In this document: piece by piece, positions 37,769 to 49,599 of the stretch
How the letters are laid out: each line of letters opens with the position of its first letter
Position numbering within the stretch: the stretch's first letter is position 1
Assembly (NCBI GenBank): GCA_973895155.1
Contig: OZ316893.1
Location: 14,972,645-15,036,644 of the forward strand
Direction of reading: 5' to 3'
Length of the DNA stretch: 64,000 bases
Origin: Marsupella aquatica
Lineage: Eukaryota; Plantae; Marchantiophyta
Notes under the pieces: model-generated
What the model was told of the DNA's origin: nothing
The model's database searches: none
What the model saw: only the letters and a program-made list of their open reading frames with translations
Made by a program: the position numbers and the translations under genes

Positions 37769-39895
37769 TTACTTGGGCCAGTTAACGGAGCACTCCTTTG
37801 GCTGGCTCTTCCACCGATTTGCGTCTGTGCAGTAATCGTAGATGAGCCATTTGGTCTTGATCCAGCTCAGGTCCTTCCACTGCTTGGTGGTCAAGGTTCG
37901 GTTTGCCTTGTTGCCATAAGGCTGGGTGTACAGCTTATGGTAGCATATGTGTTTCTCGGCAGGCGTGCCCTTCGACACAGGGCAGGCTTCAATGTCGAAG
38001 TCTGTGTACTTGGCACTGAAAGGGGCCAATTTCCAGTCAATCTTATCACGACCTCCGCGAGTGGCCCAAGAACCTCCATCCCAGATACTCGAGTAACTGT
38101 ACATCTCTTGGTAGTCCAAATAAGGAACTCCTAGGTGTACAGCATTGTGAAAGACCCGGATTGCTTTATCGTCCACGAAGAACCTGCAAGTTCCATGTAG
38201 AAGCGAGGCACGGCATGGGTTAGCTGGTACTGTCCGTAAATTTGTGTTTTAACTCCACACATCATTCTACGAAAACTGTATGATTGAGAATCATTTCGCG
38301 AGAGCTGAGTTAGTCATACTCTCTCATAGTTTCAAGCCACTTAGCTTATCAGATTCTAGCACTGTTGGACTGGCCAGAAATCACGGGTTGCTGAGTTCAA
38401 TGACTTGTAGCTAGGAACGGGGAACGATGCGATCTGCCCTTGGTTTATCCCCTGAAATTCGCTGCTGATATGGCCGGACGGTGACTTTCGGCTTTGGGAC
38501 CAACAGATCCTATATTTTTTCCCTCTTAGTTTCTAAACAGTTGGCACTAGTGGTACTGATGGAATTGAAGTGAGACTGACTGCACGGCACGGAGTGGTCT
38601 AAGAAAAACGAATGTAAGCAAAGAGTACGATTAGGGTGATTCATTGAAAGCCACAACTCAATTTCCATTTATCAGATCTCACAATTGAAGAGTGATCGAC
38701 ATTCTACTAGACGCAGAGGGAAAAAAATGAAGGTAACTTACAAAATGAGGTCCTGGTTCCACAGGATGCCGTAGTTGTGGTATGAAGCTGAGGGATCGAA
38801 CCAGAGGGTTATTCTCTGTTCCCTGTTTCCCACACCTTCGACGAAGACATTCGTTTGTAAAATATAGGGCTGACCAGAGACGTTTCCCAAGAACTCGAAG
38901 TCTAGCTCGCAATGCCTTGCAAAGGTGGAAGAAAGCTGCAAATTATAGATAAAACAAGAATCGTGAGCCGCCAAGCGTAGCCTTCAGATTGATCAGGCAA
39001 CCATTGTAGAGCTTAGGATCGATCAATTCGACGTCAGGTCTAGCACCTTGCGTTAGCTAAGCTGTCGAATGAATGGAACTTATTCGTTTGTTTGCTACTT
39101 TCAAGCACTTACATAATAGGCAGTGACAATTCCTGCCGAGTTATTAGGCACGAGCTTGAGCTTCATGGCAATGTAGCCAAACAGATAGCCGGATTTCGAT
39201 TCAAATCCAGATCCTGTAAAAGAGGCGAATTCATGAGCATTTGTCCACAGAATGACTCTAGATACAATGTTGAGATCCTCATTGCATTTCCTTAGAGACT
39301 ACTCTATCTTGAGCCCTGCATGAATCCAAGCCCGTGTCAAGCCCTTTCCTCAACATTGTATCTAGACCATTAAGCCAATACAACTCATAAAAAATCTGTT
39401 GAATCATATGAGCTCCGAAGTCTGGAATCAAGAAATAACGGTAATCTCAGAGGGAAAGAACTGTGTCCCTTGAGATTCCTATAATAGATTTAAAGACAGT
39501 GCGCTATAGTGAGATAAATGCTATTTCAGGGTCCAGTCCGGAAGAACAGAGGTAAAGGGAGAGCATGCTCGATCAGGAAAGTGCGGACGATGCAGCTAGA
39601 TGTGAAAATCAGACAAGACATTTGACGCGAAGTTTACAGAATATCTAACCCTCCAACGAGATGTGACTCTCAGGCATGGAAGTAGAAAAACAGGAGACCG
39701 CCCAGAGTGAGTGTACGAACCGCTGGAGTTAGTCAGATGGAGCGCCGATTCATACTCCCCAATCTTTCTCGCGTTAAACTGGCCGAAATTAAACTTGAAG
39801 AGGTCATCGAACTTCTGAAATGCCGCTACTGAGATGACCACCGAACTCAAAGAAAGTATCACCAGGAGGCACGATGCTATCTTCATCGGCTTCAT
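37769..39895 (-). CDS. XTH: Xyloglucan endotransglucosylase/hydrolase (GH16), 4 exons: 39895-39721, 39213-39113, 38935-38742, 38183-37769
   Basis: Signal peptide, catalytic ELDFE followed by an NVS glycosylation sequon, [32 protein letters not shown]-terminal IYDYCTD...PKEC. Internal exons of 101 and 194 nt are typical of XTH genes. Confidence 0.95.
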
Positions 39896-42864
39896 CTTGC
39901 TCGACCAACGCAACCGAAGTCGAGCTCCTGCCTAGAACAACTCTACAACTCTGCCGGCTTGAGCAGCCGATTCTCAATGTGTATGATCTTTGTAATTCAT
40001 CCAGAGATCTATGTATTGCTTGTATGATTGCGAGTCTGAGCAGTAGCTGACCCTCAGTTCTATGCGACGCGATCGATTCATACGTGTGGATTGTGACTCA
40101 ATTCTTCGTTCCTTCTTTTTTCTCTCACGAGGAGAGATATAGAGAAAGAAGAATGAATTGTTTGAGGAGATTGAGAGCATATATACCGCCGATGACTTTG
40201 ACTGGACGGAGAAAATCGGGATGGTGCAGATGAGTCGGGCCGCGAGGTAAGCCAGTGAGAGCTCCTCGTGTTCGGGAGTGGCGTCATTCTTGGAACCACG
40301 ATCTGAGCACGTCGGCGCTACAGAACGCCTGAAGTAGCGTATAGTATCGTGGCCCCTCCTTTTTCTCCTTGTTTGCTGCTGGTGTGGTTAAATTTTCTCC
40401 TACGTACCTGAGCTGTGTCCGGCCTTCAGGTTGAAGCGTTAATCTAACCGAAATTGTGATTTAGCCTGTTGTCTTCCACGGCAGCGTTGATCTAGCCTCT
40501 TTTCATGCAAAGGACTGTGAGCTTAAATTTGACCAGGTCTAAGCCGTTCCGGAAAAGTACAGATCTAACTTGTTATGTGACCCGCGGTCAAAGCATCCAT
40601 AAATTTCTGTACATGCTCACGAGTTTGTTTCAACCCCACCGACTGTCTTTCATGGAAGCTTTGATCCAACCTGAATTTCTACCACCCCAAGTTTCTATCG
40701 AAAAACAATTTGTGGTTTTTTCCGAGAGCGCTGGCGCTACTGATGAGTTCTTTATGTGCGAGTCGCAATCTACAGTTGCTGACTGTACTTTTGTTTTGAG
40801 TGAATCGTCAATTTTTCCTCAAGGCTTGTGGACAGGCCATGCAAGATGCAGAGGCGAACGATTCATCGCCAGTCGTGGAAAAACCGAGCCTCAACGTGTT
40901 TTGAAGAAACATCGAAACAGAAGTCTGAGGATAATTCAAGCGCAGCAGTATACACGGTTCAAAGTCATCTATCTGCAGGTTGCGCGGTCATCTATCTGCA
41001 GCTTGCAAGGAAGGAATCAATACGAATTCCAATTACGGGAAGGACGCGATTTCAGACAATGTACAGTGTATTGGCTGTAATTCTTGATGAAACTCGGTCA
41101 AAGCAACCGAGTCCAGTCTGTACTCCGATTATCTTGCTCGCAAGAGTTGTGGAATACGTGACTCCATTTGGAAAACCTTTCTTCGGACTTACTCATAGAG
41201 AAAGCTAAAAATATCAACCTAGAAAAGCCATCATGGCATGGTGATCGATGGACCAAGTTGCACCATGTCGATTTGAACCGCTATGATCCAAAAGTTGAAT
41301 GGGAAATATGGACTCGACCTGGATTACAAAGCTGTCAGTTAACATGTCAAGACCGATCCGTAGCCTGGGGGGATGCAATTCAGTACTAAAAGACATCTCC
41401 ACATCAGTCGACTCCGATCCGGAGCCCGGGGGGACGCAGTATGATATGGAAAGACATCCCAAATCACCGAGTCCGATCCCTACACTGGGGAGATGCAACT
41501 CGACCGAAATTCCACTGCGATCTGAAGTGGAAACAGACAGGAGCGACCTACAGTAGTGGTGAAAAGCAATACTTAGCGCATAAAGCAGACATGCGTGCAT
41601 CCATCGTGTGCGTAGGAGACGGCAGTCCAGGAGTCTCATGAACTCTGTTCATCAGATCCAGCTCGCATTTAAATTGGTTCACTCTGTCGTTTGTGTGTGC
41701 CGATGGATATTACAGTTGGCCCTTCCTTACGACTATTCCCACCCTCCTCATTCCGAATCCGTACTCGTTTCGAAGGTCTGGCTGCAGAAAAGCATCCTCC
41801 CCAGTTGTTGTGACACTTGGCTAGTGACCAGGACTTTATCAACTTCGCTTGATGGCCAAGGATGGAAGCTACGGAGGTCTTGCTGCAGAAAAAGCATGCT
41901 CCCCCTGTCGTTCGTGAGACTTTAGCTGTATGCAGAAAAGAGGTCTGTATCGCCTTCCCTCGATACCCAGGGGATGGGAGATCGAAATCAATCTGGATTG
42001 TGACTCTGTTGCATTGGGGTTCAACGTGGAAAACTCCGAATAGAAGTCTGTCTTGGTTAGAATGTAGTATCGATGTTACATTCTGTGAACCGACCAGTCT
42101 AATCGAAAACGAGGGATTGTCCAAGTTCACATGCAGACACTGATATTTGTAAGTGCCTCTCTACTGACGTTTGTTAAAGAGACTGGTTTTCGAGGATTGG
42201 CCAATTTCAATGAGTCCGAATCTGCTTTATTCAGCGAACTAAGCTCCGTTCGGATCACGCTGGGTAGACAGTTTGACGAAACAGCTTGAAGTCCGTAGTC
42301 TAATGCATACTTTGATCAGAATTCAATTCTGACTGAGCTTGCAAGTATCGTTGGCTCATTGAAACAAGTTGCGAGTCCCGAATTTCAATTGATAACAGTT
42401 AACATATCTCATTCTCGGGTAAGCACTGCATTGCACGATCGTCTAACTGTAGAGAGTCAATCTTAAAATTCGGGGGAAACGGGTGAGCTCTCCTCGAGAG
42501 TAGGCAGTGTTATAAGGGAAACATGAAGGTCCCGTACGCTGCCTCGTGTTAGTAAAAGCAGTGGACTGGCTACGGTGAAAATCTCTAGTGAGGTTTATTA
42601 GCTTGGTAAATTATTACAGGTTTTAATTATTACAGGTTGTTACGCTGCGCTGCCCTATCCTGTGCTTTACTGCTCTCCATCCATGGCCGTTCTCGGTTGA
42701 AGAAGCATCGAGACGATCAACCCAGATGTCTAGAGAAAAAGGAGGCATACTCCATACTACGATTACTGCTTGTATATTACCCGGTAGCTACTTGCTCGAC
42801 TACTGTCAATCCATATTCAGATGCTACATGTTTTGCAGCACAGGAGCTCTCCTTAGGGGCACTC

Positions 42865-44208
42865 TTAGTTAGTGTCATCCACGCCTCGCGGGTAGTAGAT
42901 GTGCCGTGCGTTGATCTCCTGAACGGGGCGCACATTTGGCGTATGCTGCAGGAACATCACAAACCAAACGTACGTCATATCATTTCGATTGCACCAATTT
43001 CAAAACACATATTCTCTGCAGTTGTATGCGACATCGTTAATAGTTAGACCATGGTCTGGAGGAGTGGATTCGATTTGACTTACCAACAATGCCGCAGAAA
43101 CTGCCTGAATTTGTTCCTTGGAAGCTGTGAGCGGAGCTTTCAGCAGGCTCCATACGACGCTGGGTCGTTGAGTGCATGGAGGAGTTGTCAAAGAACCCAA
43201 GTAACGATAGTATCGGCTCCAGTCCAAGTCTGTCCCATTAACTCCATCGGAAGTGACAATCCCAAGGCTGATAGTTTCCCCCAAGCTCTCTTCACTGAAG
43301 CCAGAGGTGAACTACGGAATCATCAAAAGCAAAGGCATGTATTAGCATGATAAGAAATATGTATGACGGACCAATTTCAGAATTCACTTAATGTTTGGAA
43401 GCTAAAGTAGAAATAGCCAGATTTGCCTTCTAACCCATTGCCTCCACACCAGAAATTCGGACAGGGTAGCACGGACCAACCTGACTTAGCCATTCATTGT
43501 GCTCTCCCTCCCTGAAAACCAAGGAGTTGATTGCAACTCCTTGCTCTGGGTGAGTGTGGTAAAATTGAATCTCCAGAGGAAACCTGCGTATAGTACAATA
43601 AAATGCTTAAGAGGTACAAGTTCCAATACCTTTCACATACTCGGGTAAAAAATGCTATTCTATATGCAGAACGAATACATTGCCGAACAACTGACCTTTC
43701 GCCAAAGTAAGTGTGCTCACTAGGAGAGTGGAACACAAGTTTCTCCAGAACATAGTCGTAGTCATGACAGTTGTAAATGCCTCCAGCCCATTCGACCTAC
43801 ACATACATGAAATCAAGTTTCAAAGAATTGGCAGAGCGGCCGTGTTCCAACTAACCGAAAGAACGTATTCTCGGAAGGATAGATTACATCTTTTCGTTCA
43901 ATCAGGGTTAACTCTTCAATTTGATAACAGGTTCCATAACTACCAACCAGAAGCCAAGTATCTGTCTCTTCTTGTGAAAAACAAGTGAATGCTCACCTCA
44001 AGGGTCTTGCCGTCTCCACGGACTGTAGCGTGGGCAGAGTGGTAGTAAATCTTGGCAGGGACATCCACGGTTCCATCTAGCTTGATGTGTTCCTCGTCGA
44101 TGTCTACGGGGCTCTGGTTGGCTCCCTCGCTGCATTTGTTCCATTCTCTAGACAACTCTCCCCAGTGAGCAGGCCCATTGGGCCCTTCACTATAATCCCA
44201 TTCGATAT
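42865..44208 (-). CDS. Alpha-carbonic-anhydrase-like protein, probably non-catalytic (5 core exons; N-terminal exon(s) uncertain, candidate signal-peptide exon 44861-44793)
   Basis: WDY...GPAHWG, C..GANQSPVDI, FHSPSEHT, YYRYLGSLTTPPC, NVRPVQ. GT-AG introns, with no stops in the core exons. I could not resolve the phase joining the candidate first exon (MSLSQSYIGLFVAFLGSCVLCSA). Confidence 0.85.
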
Positions 44209-44446
44209 CTGGACCAACACAAGACCCCCCCAAAAATCAATGATTTGCGGAACCACTATGGCGTCAAACTCGAACCGAGTTTTGATGGTGAGTACCCTCT
44301 GCAAAGTCTGAAGATATGAAATTTACTGTGAATGTACCTGGTTTGGTCAGCACGGATTGTAAACCAGATGAAAATTCCCCCTGCATGATCAGACACAAAG
44401 CATGAGTTACTCTGTTTTATACCCCCACAAATGCTCTCATGTCAGA

Positions 44447-44580
44447 TTTCTGCTCAATCTCCTTCTCTGTTTGTTTTCGAGTGAAAAGAAAGTAACAATA
44501 CAATGACCTGTTTAGTCTCTGGTCGATCTCCTTCGCTGTTTGTTTTCGAGTGCCAAGAAAGTAATATACAATGAACCGAT
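44447..44580. repeat. ~63-bp tandem duplication
   Basis: ATCTCCTTC.CTGTTTGTTTTCGAGTG..AAGAAAGTAA.ATACAATGA occurs twice. Confidence 0.8.
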
Positions 44581-47500
44581 TAGTCGGCCACATAGTGGGT
44601 CCTTTCATATTACACCTAGACTGATTTGACGGCACTGTAGGAAGTGGAGTGATTCGTATCCTACTTCAGATAGCTAGTTATCGCAGAGGATGCTCCGAGA
44701 AGATTTCCTCCTAATAATCTGCAGAACTTCTTGTTTAAAAACGAAGCAGGAAATTTGCATAGCTCCATGTGTACGAGGTAGAGTGCTCATACCGCTGAAC
44801 AGAGGACGCACGATCCCAAGAAGGCAACGAACAAACCGATATAGCTTTGGGAAAGCGACATGTCTCCCACTGTTGGGTGTCAACTGCAAGACAAACTGTT
44901 CATCAGTGTCTCACTCAGCAAAGGTGTTCCATCACACTTCAGTCTTCGGCATTTGAAGGTGTCCAAGACTTGAAGTACAAGGCACAGAAAATTAATGGGT
45001 AGTTTACGGGACGAGCCAGGAAGGATGCAAATGGTACTGATGGTGGAAACAGAGCCGCAGAGCTTAATAGTCAGCAGTGTATCGGATTTTGCTAGACTTC
45101 AGAGAAAAAGAATGCGGCAGCTCTTGAGCTTACTACGCCAGACTAAGAGCAAAGACGACTCGTAAGATACACAAGTGGCTCTTCTTCCACTATTCCTGCC
45201 AATTGCAGCCTTCCTGGCTCATTGCAGTGTGACTGAAGCTCACTGAAGCTGAGCTGAGTACTCATGATACTGGACAGTCATTGTAAACTTGGCTTATCAC
45301 GTCGAAGCAGAAATACTCCACACTACTTTGTGGGCTCGACGAATTTTTCAAGGATTCACAGAGACACAGGAACGAACTGATTGTGACTCTCCTGCTCCAT
45401 CACTACCAGTTCCGTCATCCTCATTATCGTCCATCAAACACAAAGCTACTCTTGGACAACTCTTCATGAGACTGAACTTCACGAGATAATTCTATTCGTG
45501 ATCAACACCTGTAAATGCAGCCGGCGTAGGACCCGAGAACAGCACGGACGATTGTAGCTCAAACACCAACAACTCCAACGAACATATCAGAGTCGAACCC
45601 TTTGTCCGCTCCGCTCAGCTCCACTTCCCTTACCCCGAAAGCAAAGACTCGTTGCTCAGCTGATACTCTTGCTACTAATACTACACCTAACCAACCCCCT
45701 TTCCTCTCGTGCAGCTAAGATCTTCTTCGTCCACCTAGGAAAGTACCGAAGCGCAGTATTATTGTACCACCATGAATGAAGAGCGGATGGGCAGTGGCAT
45801 GGCAGACTCGTGAACAGAGAGAGGATCAGAGGAGGGCACTACTGATTCCGGTACTGAAGAAGCACATTGTACATTCCTTTCCTAGTCTCCTTCCCTTCAA
45901 GGCGACATTGTACAGTACTCCACAGTCGTAAGTCAGTGCAATCATTACAATCGGGGAGGGTGACATCGCTCTGGAGAGACTGGAGAGACTGTGATGAAAG
46001 CAGTCAGGATGCAGCAGTTTGAATTTTTGGACTCCATTTCGCATGCCGAAAATCGCGGCGACTCAATCATCGGGAAAATTTCCCTTCGCGGCCCAACGTC
46101 ACTGACTTTTCAAGTAACGTACCCTGACAGGGCGGGTGGGTGGAACGGCGTGTGTGTGTCTGTCAGACTCGCCTCTTATCCGTTGATCGCCTGCTCTAAT
46201 TCTCTAAACGCCCAGCATGCAAATCATTGTCATGGGCTCATGGCTGTAGACGATTTCTGACCCTCACCACGGCATCATCGTGGCCGTTCAACGTGCTGTC
46301 GATCGGGAAACGGCTCTCCCATCGCCCTTGGATTGCCTATCGCGGGGACCGGAATCTGACACGTCCTTCAGAATTTCCCGCCCTTGTCCTTTCGAAGTGG
46401 CCCGGTGCGGAGGCAGTCGGAGCGTGAAGGCGAATATTTCTGGCAGAATTCACTCTGGCCATCAAGTTTTGTCACTTGATGGAAAAACAATATTAAAATT
46501 CGGTGGGTTTCCCTTTGTCTTCTCATACACTACTCTTATTACTTTCCTGAGTCTTTTTTGTCTTTGGCACTTTTTTGTTCTCACCTCTATTGAGGTTCAA
46601 AGAACGGGTAATAGGAACTAGAGTGGTGTGAAGGGCCGGTGATGCCAAAATATTTGCTGAAAGACAGAATAAGGCACCCACTCCACCTGAATGTCCCATA
46701 TTCTTGGCTAAAGTCTTTCTAGATGTAACCAGAGAAGATCTTATGAAAAGGTCTTGTGGGTCCCTTTTTAATGCAAATGACTTAAAATAAAAATGGACCA
46801 AGGGGCCAGAAGAAGAGACCTTCAATAGAGTTGATCTAAAATCTAGGACAAAGGAGTGCTCCACATAAGAAAAACTAGGCCCCACTACATTCCATGTAGG
46901 ATTGGTAACAAGTTTGGTTGAAAGTGCCCCCAACTTTATGTGAAGTGAATAGCAGCAGTTTCTCCCAATGAATGGATGGCTCTGATCAGATCTTGGAGAC
47001 CAAAAAAAAAATGAAAACTGCACCCAAGGTCTTATAAAGCCACCCTAAAGTAGAGTGTTCCCTGAGCCAGGTGTTAGTTGGGAGTTGGGAGAGTAAACAC
47101 TGAGAGTGTGTCTCCTTGAAGTAAAGGGAGGACTTGACAAGTGAGTCTCAATATGGGGTATCTTAGTGTCATACATGTTAACACAATAAATAATTAATTA
47201 TTACATGTTTACACCCACTAACCAAATATTGTGGGGTCTTTGTAAGGCTTCCAAATAACTTGCCTGGGAGGTAACAACACATCAAAAAAACAACATCCTA
47301 TTGTGCTATTTGGCAAGTGCCCATAATTTGTAAACCCACTTGTTCTTTTAGCAACACCTAATGTATCTATCTATAGGTCTGCTGCCTTTTGGATGTGCCT
47401 TGAGTTTGTTGAAATGAATACTATTCTCCTGAATAATGAAAACAGGACAATAGTATTCTGGCCTTCAGTTTGTTGAAATAAAAAATAAGGAAAAGTTTAA

Positions 47501-49599
47501 ATTTGTGTATGTATTGTGCGAATATGGATGGCATTACAGTAAGTAATAACATTTTTGGTGGAGTGATCCTGCCTGACACTTTCTCTGTTTTACCTCTGAA
47601 ATGTTAGATTGCAAGATCTCTAGTAGTGAATACCAGCGCCTCAACAGATGCTTCCTCATTAGAGTACATTCATGCCACACTACAGTAGATGTGTTATACA
47701 TCATCACACTGTGCCACTGAGAGCATTCTTATTTTTTAGTTGTTCTTCTTTGGGTTTTGTGTTTGCCCTCTTCTTTTGAATTTCCTGTTTGTACCCCGGG
47801 GTCCTCACTTCTTTTCTTCCTGCCCACATGAAGAAGTTAGGGGCTTTTAATTAAATTGTGCAGAAAACTTTTAAAATTGTGATGAAGAAATATAGGGGTG
47901 TTTTAATCCAATTTTGAGAATTATAAGAACGTACTATAGGGGTTAACAAGTAGTAAAAATGAAACATGGTTTTGATCCACAAATTAGAACCACCCTTCTT
48001 CTAGGTGTGTAACTGTGTTCAGTCTTTTGTGACCAACCCCCTTGGTCACAGGCCTGGTACTAGTTTTATCCTCCTTCAAGGTGTGCCTTGAAGTTGTTGG
48101 GTTCCTAGGTCCCTTCCACATTTGAAGGGGATTCATTCGAGTAATGCCTTTCACTAGTCAGTAATGTATGCTTTCATAACAAAAATGAACTAAAAAATTG
48201 TAAACCCATCCTTAGTTCAGGGAATCAAATGGCCTTGACTTCTAACATTTCCAGGAGTCAAGGCTTGCACTTTGAACACACTGCCTAACTACTACAATGT
48301 GAACTTGATAAGTGAAATCTGGTGATAGATGCAAGTTATTTGTGATTAAATTGTTAACTCTTAAATGGGAGACAGCAAACACAAAACCCAGATGGACACA
48401 ATCCAAATTAAGTTGAGATTTTGATTGTCTAACACACTTCTTATTTGTGACCTGCAAGGAGGTGTCTTACGGGGACCAGGAGGGTTTGGGTTGGTCCTTC
48501 CTGTATTCTGTCCATGAGGCCGATTTTCCTTCCTGCGACAAAGGCTTGAGTCCTTACAATGCTTTGGTGTAAACAAACAGGAATTCCTTGACAATGTTCC
48601 CCCACTCTATGTAAACAATTTACATGTCTTATGAATTACGTTCAAAGGGATCTACAGTCAAAAGGTTTTCCACCACCTGTTAATGAACCTCTGCACCCAA
48701 TGTTGTAAATGCCACACTCAGCTCAAAAGTATTCCACCAATGGTTGTGACTCCTGAGCAAGGTGCAACCCTACATCCATATATCAGATCGTTTAAATTGT
48801 GGCACTGGTAATGATTGGCCAAGCAAGGGTCTCTTCGACAGATAAGTACCCATCTTTGCAGCTGAGAAAGGCCGGGGCATTTGAGGTTGTGGTCCATGTT
48901 TGGTTGCAGCCAATAGGGCGTCTCAACCCTATAGCTTTGCGGGCTCCATCTGGCCACCCGGATGCCTTGGGTCGCTTCACAAAAATGAACATTGGGACCC
49001 AAAATCGGGCACTCCAAAAATGGAGGTTGAACCTTGACTCGAACCTAAGTTAACTCAGTCTGTGACGGACAGAGTGTAAGTCCGGATCATAAAAAAAACC
49101 GGTAAGAAATTTGCAGGAGAGAACTTGGTGGAACAACCACCTGATTTGGACGACCCGGGTCACGGAACTACCGGGTGTCCATCGGGAATGCACGAGTTTA
49201 TCTTTGAGATGCCCTAATGTTGCATCTCTTTTGCAGCCACTGTATTGATAATTATCCATCCAGAATTCACAATTTTACAGCCAATGTTCCCAGGAATTTA
49301 CAGTCCTTCACTTCTCACATTTTGCAGCTCACAATGCATCCGGATTTTTGCAGCCAAACATTCAAAGATTACGCAGCAAAAAGATTACAGATCTTGCAGC
49401 TGGTGTATCTGGTTGATGCGAGGAAGCTTGGGATCAAAACATATACATGGCAACATTCAGAATGTGGTAACAGTAGAGGACTAGGGCATATGCATCCAGT
49501 CGGGCTGCTTCTTATAGCCAACTCTCCAGGACCAGCGCGATGTTCAAGCATTCTCGTCAACATGTCCGTCGGGTGAAGGAAGGAAAAACTGACAAAGAC

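Noticed and set aside
40505-41080. 191-aa ATG ORF upstream of XTH
   Set aside because: No recognisable domain or splice structure; likely a chance ORF.
48600-49580. Possible degenerate transposase with a SWIM-like CICP...CCH motif adjoining LINE copy 2
   Set aside because: A single weak motif in broken frames; needs a profile search.
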